From Macrostomum lignano (Eukaryota), in contig NIVC01000215.1 in the NCBI GenBank assembly GCA_002269645.1, positions 186,001-250,000 of the forward strand: a DNA stretch of 64,000 nucleotides. The letters run 5' to 3'. The notes under the pieces were generated by a model, which was not told the origin of the DNA, searched no databases, and saw only the letters and a program-made list of their open reading frames with translations. Both the position numbers and the translations under genes were made by a program. Positions 29,881 through 43,400 of this stretch are shown piece after piece (the stretch's first letter is position 1; every line of letters begins with the position of its first letter).

Positions 29881-30776
29881 GCTTCTCTCTTGATTTTGAA
29901 AATTCGCTTTCCGGTTGAAAGTTTTAAGTATTCGATCTAGACTTACAATGCTGTTTCGCGATGGTAACAAGCACACGGCAGCTCAGGCTGACTCGTGGGT
30001 GGTGGATAGAAATCATGAATACTGGATGTAAAATGAGTAACCGAAAGTTTAATTAGCGATTTAAAAGCTGTAGACAGCAAATAAAAGCGTTTAATTTTTA
30101 ATCAAAAGAGAGACAACAATGGAGAAATGGACTGAAATTCAATTTAATGACCTTGCTGCATCTCCTATGGCCTAAGAGCCCAATTAGCCAAAAAGCCTTG
30201 AGAGAGTGAAAGTGATGAGCCATGAGTAGGATGGAAAAGGTGAGAAGTCATGCATGGATAATGCGCTATTTGTCAAGAATTTATTTTTAAAAATATTTTC
30301 CTATCGCAATTCTTATATCTATTTAGGAGCGACTGCAGGCAGGTGAGGTGGATTTCATTTTACCTTCAGCTTTGGAAGCCTGAGCTGCGTTAATGATTGC
30401 AGTGCCGTTGTTAAGGGATGCAGAAACATCCACCGAAATTATACTCAGCAACATTGAAAAGTCACCACTCTATGTGCCAGTGAGCAATTTCTCTTGGACT
30501 ATTCTGAAATAAAAGATACGAGAAAACTGATCGGGGTAGCTTTAATCCGTTCAACCCTCGCACATCGCTCCCCCCACTGCATTCTTCAACTCAAGTCTGC
30601 CGTGGCCCCAGGCACAACGTAGCTGAGTTGCATCACTCGCAAAGATTGAGAGGCTTTACCTGCACTATCAAAAGTGGCGACCCACAGACGGAACCTTCTG
30701 TGATGGCGAATTTTCTATGTTGCTGAGTATAAATGTCACTCCTCTGTATCGCCCATGCATTCAAGACAGACTGAGG

Positions 30777-31031
30777 CGTTGGGGAGCCAAAAAGAATGTA
30801 ATATTTTTTGAATAAACTACATGTAGCTTCTCCTTGCAATAGCCTCAGAAATTTCCCTTGTACGCCTTGTCATCTCAGCAATTCCCCTTAACCCCAACCC
30901 CAACCCGAACCCTAATCTTAACCCTAACCCTAACCCTAACCTTAAAGCCTTGATTTGATATCTCAGGAATTCTTCCCCCCCCGTAAGCCTTGAAATTTCA
31001 GTAATTCTCCCGAAGAGTCGTAGCATTTTAG
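30777..31031 (-). mobile_element. Helitron 3' fragment carrying interstitial (TTAGGG)n
   Basis: Reverse complement matches 59040-59365 (GAGAATTACTGAAATTTCAA, TTAGGG run, ATGTAG.TTATT, TTTGGCTCCCCAACG); truncated within the terminal hairpin. Confidence 0.8.
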
Positions 31032-33204
31032 ATTGAGAAAGTAGCACCGATCACAGATCTCTCGCTGCTTGGGTGCAGTGTCACTGCACTAAAGTCATGC
31101 AGTCAAAAAGCTTCCGTAAATATTCTGTATATAACCTCGCCTATTACTTTAGCCAAAATCAGCTGTATAGTTAGTAAAGCAAAATACGCGAATTTATTCC
31201 TTAATTCGACACTGTACGTTATCATCAGGATTGTAAAAAAGAAAGTACACAAGGCTCTTTGCTGGTACAATTTATATATACTCCAGTTTTCTTGCCTCCT
31301 GCTTATTTTAGTATGAAATATATTGAAAGCTTGCTCAATTAGCAAGCCAGGTAAAACAAGCACGTCATATGAGTAGCTGGTTCAGCAGTCTTGAGATGCA
31401 AGCCTCTTATACGCTCGCAGACGCACCTGACTCAAGCAAGCCTTCTCAAATGTCTTTCCCGTGTTCCTCGCATCCGTAATTCTTGTGCAGTCGTACCAAA
31501 AAATACATAGGCGACCTTAATGGCATCGCTCCGCAAAAAAAACAACACGACGACCGCGTACCCGATGTGTCTGCTCGCCCGGGGTTGGGACGAGAGAGAG
31601 AGAGAAAGAGGAATCTCTCCTGGAGTAGTAGGGAAGGAAGTTGAGCCTTCAGGCTGCTACGACTCGCTCATCGCGCAGAGATGCGTCCTCTTGCAGCCTG
31701 TTCTGGACCCGCCCTCCGCCTCTCTCTCTTTCCCCATCAAATTTCAGACTCCGCTACATGCATAAGAATTGCAGTTAGCTAGAGGAGTCGCGCCCAGGTG
31801 AGCGGCTGGAGGGGGGGTGACTGGACTCAAATCGAGTCAACCTGTCGACAACCCTTCCTCCGCGTTTGTGATTGTACGAAACGTTACGTATCAGTTAGAA
31901 ACGGAGTAAGACTGATTTTTAGGGAAAGAGAAAAAACATGAGGGAAGAGGCGTACGATGTGCGCTTTTTCTGAGTCTAGACGCATGTAACTCCACACAAA
32001 ATGGCTATTAAACTGAGTCGATAGCAATCCAATTTCTCTTCTGGCAAGCTGTCGACATCTCGGTACTAAAATACTTGATAGTCATTTAGCTAATGCATCA
32101 AACCCCAGTCTGTTCGCTACTTCCTGTATCAAGCTTGCGCAGCTGCTGGTCAGCTTTGGCACTTTCCCAGTACTTAGGAGCGTGTCGACCGAGGCTGTGC
32201 TCGAGTGCTTCCTAAGAACGGCATCATCGCCTATCCAGTTTCCTGTCTCCAATCGAAGTATCTTAGAAATCGCTTCGTGAGTTGCCATAGCAAAAACCCG
32301 GAGCTGTGGTATAAAAGTTGTGACTTTGTGTGTCAAGCGTTTTGACTGGTTGAATATCTGGTGAAGAAACGTCGACTGCAGTCTTCAAATCTGAATCTAA
32401 GAAATCACACAAGGTTTAAAGTTTCACTCAGGTAAGCAATTTACTTGTAATATGTAGGATTTCTTGTAACGTGTTTCGTTAGTTGTATCAGTTTACTTTA
32501 ATTTGCTTCTACCAGATTCTGTAGGTCCCAGGGGCGTTGCTGGGAATGAGGCCCAATAGGCTAGCAAAAGCCCTCACGATGGCGCCTTCACGATGGCGCC
32601 CCTGAGGAATAGAAACTCCTGGCTACTGTAGCGACTGTTATCAAAACTGTTCTATTTCTAATGTATGAAATATTCTTGAGTGAAACTCTAGAATTTGCTG
32701 GCAATCAGCCGTAGCAATAAGGTGTAACAATCATTCTGCTTACGCCAAATAGCTGTCAACAGTCAAAACTGCGCCATGTCCGACCGTCTTCCTGCAGCCG
32801 GTGGTAAAACTCCTGCTTGTTGTTGGCTGTTTTGTTTGTTAATTAATATTGCTATTATTGTTTATCTACTCATCGCAAAAACATTATTAGCATCGCCTTT
32901 GAATCAAAAACATATTACAGACGGATAACTTTTGGCACAAACCTTTTTTAAAATCTATCCAACATTAAAGTGTTATACAGAATCACATGTTATATTAATA
33001 TACATATTTATTTGCATCACATTTATTTGGAAAATAAATCATTCGCAATGCTCATTAACTTGTTACTATTGTTGTACACATATATCTATGGATATAATAA
33101 AAGTACAATGTAACGCATGCATGCGCAGCAATTCAAGTTTAAATAAGCATCATTGAGTTACGACTAAGATAATCTAAAGCTTATGCACTCGCATCACATC
33201 CGCA

Positions 33205-34299
33205 ATGCGCCTCGGCATTTCAGTCAAGAAGACTCCCTGGCGAGCAGCACTACGTGGCGTACAAAGTCAGCGCATGAGCTCAGTGTGTCCGATCACTTCG
33301 TTGGAGCAGTTCAACAGCTCGTTGCGCTCTCTAAACCGCGTCCTCGCCCAGTACAAGCAGCTGCTTCGTCAGGTTGGCACTGTAACCGACTGCGCCAGGG
33401 TCCGAGAGCAGCTCCAGTCGCTGTCCGTGCGCCTCCTTGCGAGCTTCACCGTCTCCAAGGACGTCATCCTGCCGGCTATGCAGAGCCAGCAGGCTCTGGC
33501 GGGTCCCGGCAACAACAGCGCCGACGATGAAGAAAGCGAAGCGGCAGCCACGCGCAAGCAGTGGGAGGCCAGGTACACCACCTTCGTGCAAATCATCGAA
33601 TCGACGCTGGACAATTTGCTTCGCACGGCTAGTTTAGTTAAGCGATTTCCACTGCACGCTGACAGTCTCAACCGGTTTGTGGCGACTGGAATCGCCGATT
33701 TCTATAACGTGGAGCGTCGGTCCATTCTCAGCTTGAGCAGCTCGTTGCGCTCCTCACGACGGAGCTCCATGAGCAGCGGCAGCCGCATCTCCGTATTGGG
33801 TAGCAACGGCGGCGGCGGCGCAAGCGGCAGCAGCGGCACTCCCGATGCTGACTTCCCGAGCACGGAGGCCGACGCTCATCACCTGATGTCCCTGTCTGCT
33901 GAGGCTCGCGCCACTCGGGAGCTCATCGAGCAGCTGCAGTCGGCCGTGCTCATTGCTCACTGGACGGTGCAGCACAAATTCGACTTTGAGTTCAGCTCGT
34001 TTGGCGGCGGTGGCGCCAGCAGCGGAAGCAGCAGCGGCGGTGGGGGCGTCTCGATAGCAGCAACGGCTGTTGCGGCGGCCGCTGCGGCTGCAGCGGCATC
34101 GACGTCGACGAACCCAGGCGGAGCTGATGTCGGCCGTCCTGGCAGAGCTGTCGAAGCCTGGGCTGACCCAGACGGCGCTGACAACGCTGAGGAAGTACAA
34201 AGCGGCTCGTCCAAAGGCGACCGACGGACCTCAACAGATGCGGTCTCGCACAGTGGCCGTGGTGGCGGGCTCGCCAGCCTGTGCCTGATTTGCAAGTGA
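33205..34299 (+). CDS. RGS7BP: RGS7-binding protein / R9AP-like membrane anchor, 364 aa, single exon
   Basis: SLRSLNRVLAQYKQLLRQVGTVTDCARVREQL resembles the N-terminal helices of R9AP/R7BP. C-terminal SLCLICK resembles the palmitoylated dicysteine end of R7BP. High-GC3 coding texture. Start codon uncertain. Confidence 0.65.
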   Translation: MRLGISVKKTPWRAALRGVQSQRMSSVCPITSLEQFNSSLRSLNRVLAQYKQLLRQVGTVTDCARVREQLQSLSVRLLASFTVSKDVILPAMQSQQALAGPGNNSADDEESEAAATRKQWEARYTTFVQIIESTLDNLLRTASLVKRFPLHADSLNRFVATGIADFYNVERRSILSLSSSLRSSRRSSMSSGSRISVLGSNGGGGASGSSGTPDADFPSTEADAHHLMSLSAEARATRELIEQLQSAVLIAHWTVQHKFDFEFSSFGGGGASSGSSSGGGGVSIAATAVAAAAAAAAASTSTNPGGADVGRPGRAVEAWADPDGADNAEEVQSGSSKGDRRTSTDAVSHSGRGGGLASLCLICK

Positions 34300-34339
34300 C
34301 CGCCAAGCTTTACAGACGTTGTTTGATTGATTAGCAAAT

Positions 34340-35370
34340 TGAGAAATTTAAGCGTGCTTATGAGTGAGTTGCAGAAGGTGAACAAGTTTTTCATGAGTTA
34401 AAGAGCCGATGAGTTCGTTATTTGGGTTAGTTGATGAGTTGATGAATTGATGAGTTAGTTCGTTCTGACTTTATTAATTAGCTAATTAGCAAGTTTAGGA
34501 GTCTCGAATGAGTGAGTTTGTGTCTAATTTTTTTATCTTCATGTTTAAACACAAACTTGCTTTCTTACAAGCCCCTTCTGCACGCTTGCTTGCCAGGATT
34601 TTTCATGGATCAAATGCACTTTCTGTTGTTTGCCACATGAGTTATGCAGATTACGTATCGACCTAATGAGTTCTGCTTTCTCAGAACATTGTTTTGACAT
34701 TGCCTGTAAGTGATAAATCAATGACAAGCTAATGTAAGCAGCAACGCTAGACTTAGACAATATGGGTATATTGCACCTGAAACCTGATGCTTTAACTGAC
34801 ATTTCTACTGCACAAAGGAAATTTGTCTCAATCAAACGGATCCTTCCACATTTTCTTTATCGATGAACATCGACCACAAAAGCTCGTTGCTCATTTCAAA
34901 TTCAGAGGCTTTTTTCTAATATACAGGGCGTTCACTCCTAGCTTGAATTGAGAATAAAAAGTACATACAGCTGCTTTGCTGGAGAGGATATGCTTTTTCA
35001 CTGTCGTTGCGTGACCAGCATGCTCTCTAACCATTGCGATGTTACGTTTCAGTAACAGAGGGGACTTTGAAGTGATGCCTGTTTTACTCAAAAACATGTT
35101 CTTCCTTGTCACTTATTATTTTACGAGCGTATTTTATTTCTTATATATAGCATTATAAAGACAAGGGAATAGAAGGCCATAGACAACTTAGGTCTGTATG
35201 AAATAATCCAAAAAGCGCACGAACTCAACCATAAACTAATAAACTCATCCATCAAAATTACAAAATCATCCGTAAACTCATGAACCCATTCATAAAGTCC
35301 CAAACTTATTTATAAACTCACGAACTGATAGATAAAACTCCCGACTCCACGGATAAACTCACTAGTAAGG
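34340..35370. repeat. Probable non-autonomous DNA element with inverted subterminal GAGTT/AACTC motifs
   Basis: Cluster of TGAGTT motifs at 34360-34520 mirrored by AAACTCA motifs at 35220-35370; exact termini not resolved. Confidence 0.35.
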
Positions 35371-35819
35371 ACATCAATTTACTAAAAAAATCACTCTTTA
35401 ATTTGTTTGCAAGCTTTTTATGCCAACGGACATAAAAACCGAAAAATTGCGCTGAAATTTCAATACAAAAAGAAGAATAAAGCCAAGATCCCTTTATAAA
35501 GACATGAGATCGCAAGAAACAGTAAAGATGGTAATTTAAATACCAAATTCTAAGAATTCTAGATAGTAGTATTGTCGCCTGCCCGTTTACATGAAATTCT
35601 GGTTGAATTTCTCTGAATGGCTTTACTTTTTTCCACTTTATTGAAGTAAATTTTGTTGGCAGACAAGAGCAGGGTATCAACTGCATTCCGGATGAGAAAA
35701 TATGTGGAAATCTTTAGTAAAACTTTTTCCCAACAAATGTTCAATGGTTATTGCTGTGAAGAATTTACTCTCAAGCAATTGTGACTTTCTGGCGTGGGTG
35801 GTTGCTGAGAGCAGAGGCA

Positions 35820-36140
35820 GCAGCAATCGAAAGCGTGAGCACTCAATGAGAAGCAGTCAACACTGCAGCTGTTCCTATAGAAAAGCCAAAGCTTTATTTC
35901 TGCTTATATTAATGTGAGTTGCTGTGTCTACGTTATGCTATTTCTGTTCGTTTGCGTTCGACTCCAATAGCCACTCGCGACTGTGCAGTGCTTATCGATT
36001 TTGACAGCGCTGGCAGAATGAAAAAAACAGTTTCTGCGCGCAAGTCGCCTCCCCTGCGCTGAGCTCCAGTCATGAGAGCTGTGGCTTGAGTAGAAGAACT
36101 CAATAATACAGGAAGAGTCAGATAATAGCGGGCCATAAGC
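35820..36140 (-). repeat. Dispersed repeat, copy B
   Basis: Homologous to 13520-13790 (see that entry); ends ~120 bp upstream of the MFS ATG. Confidence 0.9.
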
Positions 36141-36258
36141 TGGACGGACTCATTTCGACAACCGCGCGCACCGCAACTGGGAATCGCGCCACCAAGCGGG
36201 ATAAAAAGGATTCGCTGAACTTTCTAGCGGGGGCTTCAGAGCGCGAATTGGAGAGGCC

Positions 36259-38267
36259 ATGGAAAACCAGGCGGCAGAGCAGAACCCGCCAGTGACTTCA
36301 GCCACCGCCTGCAAGGAGAGCACATCACTAATATCGAATGAAGACATCGACAAGTGCTGTCCAAGAGGTCGGTGCCGATGCTGCGACTGGTTCCGCGGCC
36401 TGTTCCCGCTCTCGGCCAAAACTCGAGTTGGCATCATCGGTGGCAGCTGGGGCCTGCTCACCGGCATCGAGAGGGTGATCATCCTGCCGACTCTCTGGTT
36501 GTATCTCAACAAATTCCACTCGTCGGCCGGAGCGCAGTTCTACGGAGCCACGCTGGCCGGATTCAACCTGCTCCCGCTGCTGTGCAACCCACTGTTCGGT
36601 TGGCTCTCCCAGCGACGCTTTGCTCGAGTTCGCCTGCTGATAGTGGTGGCCAATCTGTTAGAGATTTGCGGCAACTTCATCTACTTCACTGCGCCGGCGC
36701 CTTGGCTTGTCTTCTTCGGCCGATTCGTCGCCGGCGCCGGGTCCGCGGCCGAGCCGCCGCTGTACGCCGATGTCGTTCGCGTCACCAGCAAGAAAGAGCG
36801 AACGAGCTTCATGGTGCACCTGCTGCTGGTGAAGCAGTTCGGTATTATTGCAGGTGATTTATAATTTTGCTACGTTTAATGGTATATGCAGGGAGCAGTA
36901 GGGCCTTTGACAGCCAAACTGGAAATCCTCCATACGCTGCCTGCGAGGGGCCTTGGCTGCATCTTGACTTAGTCTATGCGCCATGGAGTGCAAAAGCCAA
37001 GCTAAAGGATCGTTTCTCTCTTTCCCAGCTTTCTCCAGCCTCTTCGACGACTGCATGATTCTTCAACACTATAGCAGCGCCAAGTAGCAAATAATTAAAG
37101 TACACGGGGACGTATAAAGCGCTCGACAGTCCTTCTCTTCGCCTCGCGCCTTAATCGGTTTCTGATGGTTAAATTCTATAATACCCACCGAAATTTTGTT
37201 ACAATATTAGCATTATTGCATTGTAAATTGATTATGCAACTAATTTTGGGCGTCACTTTATAATCCAACCAGGCCCCGCGCTCACGATGCTGATGCACCC
37301 GATTCACGCCGAGGTGAACCAGTTTGTCATCGACGTGTACAATTCGCCGGGGCTGTTCATGGCCTTCCTGTGGGCCATTCACACCATCGCGGTCATTCTG
37401 GTATACCCGGACATCCCGCACGACTCCATTGAAGCATCGGCTGTTGAAAAATCTCCCGAAACTTCCGAGGAGTCGTCGGAGCAATCGGACAAGACGCCGA
37501 CAACTGAATCGACAACAACAATCTGCGACGATCTGGGCCATTCAGTGCGAAAGTACACCGATCCTGAGAAGTTGCGCATGTACTTTCGCATTGACATATT
37601 CTCGATGATTTTCATCGCCTTTGCCGGCTACTTTTGCCTGCTAGCCTTCGAGTCCGTGCTGTCGCCCTTGCTGAGCCACCTGTTCCACTGGGATGAGTTC
37701 AACATTAGCCTGGTGTACCTTGGCTGCGGAGTTGAGATCGTGCTGATCTACGTCGCGTTCCGACTCTTCCTGGCCCGGCAGCAGGAGCGCTACCTGCTGC
37801 TGCTAGCCATCTGCCTGCTGCTGGGCGCATATTTCTTCAACTTTGCTCTGCTTGTGTACGTGGACACTAGAAAGCCGGCTGTGTACATCACGCTGATCAT
37901 TATCAGCACCAGCATACAGGTGCTCGGCCTGACGGCTACCTCGGCCCTGCCGGAGAGCATGTACACTAAAGCAGTCCCTGACAGCGAGACTGACATGGCT
38001 CAAGGCGTGTTTCGCACTGTTATGTGCGTGGCCCTGCTTGGCGGCCCACTGCTTGGCGGTGGACTGCACGTCCTGCCGTGGCTGGTGTTCATCCTGCTGG
38101 CCGGCATAATGGCGGTCTGCCTGGCCCTGCTGGTGAAGGCCTACCCGCTGCTGAACTATCAGTGCGAGGCGCAGAACTGGGACGACTTGGAACGGGAAGA
38201 GGCTGAGGCTGAGGCAGCGACCGCTGCGGATGCTACAAAGTCAGCTTCAGATCAAAACGGACAATAG
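36259..38267 (+). CDS. Major facilitator superfamily transporter, MFSD8-like, 529 aa, 2 exons
   Basis: Exons 36259-36853 and 37273-38267 (gcag|gtgatt..ccag|gc, phase 1). IILPTLWLYL, NPLFGWLSQRR, FFGRFVAGAG, YADVVRVTSKKERT, FGIIAGPAL; about 12 hydrophobic segments with a long central loop. Confidence 0.9.
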
Positions 38268-38600
38268 CATTCCTGAGGATTTGTTTGCAACAACACTATT
38301 GCTTACAGAGTATCATAATATTTGCACTCATATTATCTTGATTTAATCACATCGTGATCGGAGTTTTGATTGAATTGCTTTACTCTTTTCCTAGCTTTGT
38401 CCTGCCATTAACGGCGGCCTTGAAAGATGAAAATCCGGAGTCACAAGCAGTCGCAAATATCCAGTGCAAAAAAAAATTGCAAGCATAACTTTTTTAATAT
38501 GAAATACATACTCACAGCGGATGCGCTTTTCTGAGCTCTTAGATGCAAAATTTCACCATTTTATTGAATTAAAAATGCTGCTAAGGTGTATGCTCAAAGA

Positions 38601-40390
38601 CAGTTGTGAATCAGTTTATCACGGTTGTGAATCAGTTTATCACAGTTGTGAATCAGGTTATCACAGTTGTGAATCAGGTTATCAAGGTTGTGAATCAGGT
38701 TATCACAGTTGTGAATCAGGTTATCAAGGTTGTGAATCAGGTTATCACAGTTATGAATCAGGTTATCACAGTTGTGAATCAAGTTTAGCGGTTGTGAATC
38801 AGGTTATGGCGATTGTGAATCAGGTTATCACAGTTGTGAATCAGGTTATCACAGTTGTGAATCAGGTTATCACAGTTGTGAATCAGGTTATCAAGGTTGT
38901 GAATCAGTTTATAACAGTTGTGAATCAGTTTATCACAGTTGTGAATCAGGTTATCACAGTTGTGAATCAAGTTATCACAGTTGTGAATCAGGTTATGGCG
39001 GTTGTGAATCAGGTTATCACAATTGTGAATCAGGTTATCACAGTTGTGAATCAGGTTATCACAGTTTTGAATCAAGTTAACACAGTTGTGAATCTATTAT
39101 CACAGTTGTGAATCAGGTTATGGCGGTTGTGAATCAGGTTATCACAGTTGTGAACCAGGTTATCAAGGTTGTGAATCAGGTTATCACAGTTATGAATCAG
39201 GTTATCACAGTTTTGAATCAAGTTAACACAGTTGTGAATCTATTATCACAGTTGTGAATCAGGTTATGGCGGTTGTGAATCAGGTTATCACAGTTGTGAA
39301 TCAGGTTATCAAGGTTGTGAATCAGGTTATCACAGTTATGAATCAGGTTATCACAGTTGTGAATCAGGTTATCAAGGTTGTGAATCAGTTTATCAAGGTT
39401 GTGAATCAGGTTATCACAGTTATGAATTAGCTTATCACAGTTTTGAATCAGGTTATCACAGTTGTGAACCAGGTTATCACAGTTGTGAATCAGGTTATCA
39501 CAGTTTTGAATCAGGTTATCACAGTTGTGAATCAGGTTATCACAGTTGTGAATCAGGTTTAGCGGTTGTGAATCAGGTTATGGCGGTTGTGAATCAGGTT
39601 ATCACAGTTGTGAATCAGGTTATGGCGGTTGTGAATCAGGTTATCACAGTTGTGAATCAGTTTATAACAGTTTTGAATCAGTTTATCACAGTTGTGAATC
39701 AGGTTATCACAGTTGTGAATCAGGTTATCACAGTTGTGAATCAGGTTATCACAGTTTTGAATCAAGTTAACACAGTTGTGAATCTATTATCACAGTTGTG
39801 AATCAGGTTATGGCGGTTGTGAATCAGGTTATCACAGTTGTGAATCAGGTTATCAAGGTTGTGAATCAGGTTATCACAGTTGTGAATCAGGTTATCACAG
39901 TTTTGAATCAAGTTAACACAGTTGTGAATCTATTATCACAGTTGTGAATCAGGTTATGGCGGTTGTGAATCAGGTTATCACAGTTGTGAATCAGGTTATC
40001 AAGGTTGTGAATCAGGTTATCACAGTTATGAATCAGGTTATCACAGTTTTGAATCAGGTTATGGCGGTTGTGAATCAGTTTATCAAGGTTGTGAATCAGG
40101 TTATCAAGGTTGTAAATCAGGTTATCACAGTTATGAATCAGCTTATCACAGTTGTGAATTAGGTTATGGCGGTTGTGAATCAGTTTATCAAGGTTGTGAA
40201 TCAGGTTATCAAGGTTGCGAATCAGGTTATCAAGGTTGCGAATCAGGTTATCAAGGTTGTGAATCAGGTTATCAAGGTTGTGAATCAGATTATCACAGTT
40301 GTGAATCAGGTTATCACAGTTATGAATCAGGTTATTACAGTTGTGAATCAAGTTAACACAGTTGTGAATTAGGTTATCACGGTTGTGAAT
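38601..40390 (+). repeat. 21-bp minisatellite (~85 copies)
   Basis: Unit TGTGAATCAGGTTATCACAGT with recurrent variant blocks; ends ~30 bp before the Helitron stack. Confidence 0.97.
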
Positions 40391-40418
40391 CCAGAGAAGC
40401 TCAGCTTTTCAAGCTAAA

Positions 40419-43400
40419 TCCTATATACTAAAAATGAGTTGTCTGTGGGTAGGTAGGTAGGTAGGTATGCGATAGATTTCAGAAAAAATGGCTCAACAGA
40501 TTTTCTTCAAACTTGCACCATTCGATCAGAAATTTTCCTGGGACGGTACATGCATCTTGGCTAAGAAATTGCTCAATGTTAAAGGGATTAAATATTCGAA
40601 AAACGTGCTTTTTTGCAAAGGTCAAGCAGCTCTTTCGACCTGAAATGCGTTGTAAGAATGCTAGAGAAAAAACTGACTGACTGAATTCCAATTGTGATAA
40701 GGATTGCATCACAACCAGTTGAAAACAGTGCCGAAGAAATGCACACAAAACTTGATTTAAATTGCGTAACCACATTGCTAACTTAAATTGAGACTGATAC
40801 TGGCTGACTGAGAAATTGATTATGTCATAAATTTTAACTCTAACCGATTTGCAATAAGAATTTAATTATAAGGGCCACAATTCAAGGCAAGAGATACCAT
40901 AGATGCGAACAGACTGGACTGCTAATGCTGCGACCTGGGTTCGAATCTTAGTAGTGCAAAAAGATTTTTTTATTCAAAAATCTTAAAAACACAAAATGCT
41001 AAACACAAAAAAGCACAATGTCAAACATTAAAGAGCCACCATGTCAAACATTAAAGAGCCACCATGTCGACCATTAAAGAGCCACCATGTCGACCATTAA
41101 AGAGCCACCATGTCGAACATTAAAGAGCTACCATGTCGAACATTAAAGAGCCACCATGTCGACCATTAAAGAGCCACCATGTCGAACATTAAAGAGCCAC
41201 CATGTCCAACATACACATGACTCCATGTTGAACATTCAAGAGCTACCATGTCAAACATATACATGACGCCATGTCGAACATAAAAGAGCCACCATGTCGA
41301 ACATTAAAAAGCCACCATGTCAAACATTAAAGAGCCACCATTTCAACCCTAAAAGAGCCACCATGTCGAACATTAAAGAGCAACCAGGTCAAACATATAC
41401 ATGACTCCATGTCGAACATTGAAGAGCCACCATGTCGAACATTAAAGGGCCACCATGTCAAATATTAAAGGGCCACCATGTCAAATATTAAAGAGCCACC
41501 ATGTCAAACATTAAAGAGCCACCAGGTCAAACATGAAAGTGCCACCATGTCTAACATTAAAGAGCCACCATGGCAGACATATACATGACTCTATGTCGAA
41601 CATTCAAGAGCTACCATGTCAAACATATACATGACTCCATGTCAAACATTAAAGAGACACTATGTCAAACATTAAAGAGCCACCAGGTCAAACATGAAAG
41701 TGCCACCATGTAACACATTAAAGAGCCACCATGTCGAACATTTAAGAACCACCATGTCAAACATAAAATAGCCACCATGTGAAACATATACGTGACTTCA
41801 TGTAAAACATTAAAGAGCTACCATATCAGACATATACATGACTCCATGTCAAACATATACGTGACTCCATGTTAGACATTAAAGAGCCACCATGTCGAAC
41901 ATTAAAGAGCCAACATGTTAAAAATACAAGAGCCACCATGTCAAACATATACATGACTCCATGTCAAACATTGAAGAGACACCATGTCGAACATAAAAGA
42001 GCCACCATGCAAAACATTAAAGAGACACTATGTCTAACATTAAAGAGCCACCATGTCGAACATTTAAGAGCCACCATGTCAAACATATACATGACTCCAT
42101 GTTGAACATTCAAGAGCTACCATGTCAAACATATACATGACTCCATGTTGAACATTCAAGAGCTACCATGTCAAACATATACATGACGCCATGTCGAACA
42201 TAAAAGAGCCACCATGTAAAACATATACGTGACTCCATGTCAAACATTGAAGAGCCACCATATCGAACATAAAAGGGCCACCATGTCAAATATTAAAGAG
42301 CCACCATGTCAAACATTAAAGAGCCACCAGGTCAAACATAAAATACCCAACATGTGAAACATATACGTGACTCCATGTAAAACATTAAAGAGCTACCATA
42401 TCAGGCATATGCATGACTCCATGTCAAACATATACGTGACTCCATGTTAGACAATTAAGAGCCACCATTTCGAAAATTAAAGAGTCAACATGTTAAAAAT
42501 ACAAGAGCATCCATGTCAAACATATACATGACGCCATGTCAAACATTGAAGAGACACCATGTCGAACATAAAAGAGCCACCATGCAAAACATAAAAGAGC
42601 CACCATGTCTAACATTAAAGAGCCACCATGTCAAACATATACATGACTCCATGTCAAACAGTAAAGAGACACTATGTCAAACATTAAAGAGCCACCATGT
42701 CGAACATTTAAGAGCCACCATGTCAAACATATACATGACTCCATGTTGAACATTCAAGAGCTACCATGTCAAACATATACATGACGCCATGTCGAACATT
42801 AAAGAGCCACCATGTCAAACATTATAGAGCCACTATGTCGAACATTTAAGAGCCACCATGTCAAACATATACATGACTTTATGTTGAACATTAAAGAGCC
42901 ACCATGTCGAACATTTAAGAGCTACCATGTGAAACATGTACATGACTCCATGTCGAACATTACAGAGCCACCATATCAAAGATAAAAGAGCCACCATGTC
43001 AAACATAAAAGAGCCACCATGTCAAATATTAAAGAGCCACCAGGTCAAACATGAAAGTGCCACCATGTAAAACATTAAAGAGCCACCATGTCAAACATAT
43101 ACGTAACTCCATGTCAAACATTGAAGAGACCCCATGTCAAACATTAAAGAGCCACCATGTCCAACATAAAAGAGTCACCATGTAAAACATATACGTAACT
43201 CCATGTCGAACATTGAAGCGACACCATGTCGAACATAAAAGAGCCACCATGTCGAACATAAAAGAGCTACCATGTCAAACATTAAAGAGCCACCATGTCA
43301 AACATATAAGTGACTTTATGTCGAACATTAAAGAGCCACCATGTCTAACATTAAAAAGCCACCATGTCCAACATTAAAGAGCCACCATGTCAAAAAGTAA

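Noticed and set aside
31350-32340. GA/TC-rich quasi-palindrome and an 84-aa minus-strand ORF
   Set aside because: Possibly a degenerate MITE and a transposase scrap, but neither termini nor protein motifs could be established.
38521-40372. VVNQVIT / IHNCDNL repeat ORFs
   Set aside because: Artefacts of a 21-bp (7-codon) minisatellite; frames are broken repeatedly.
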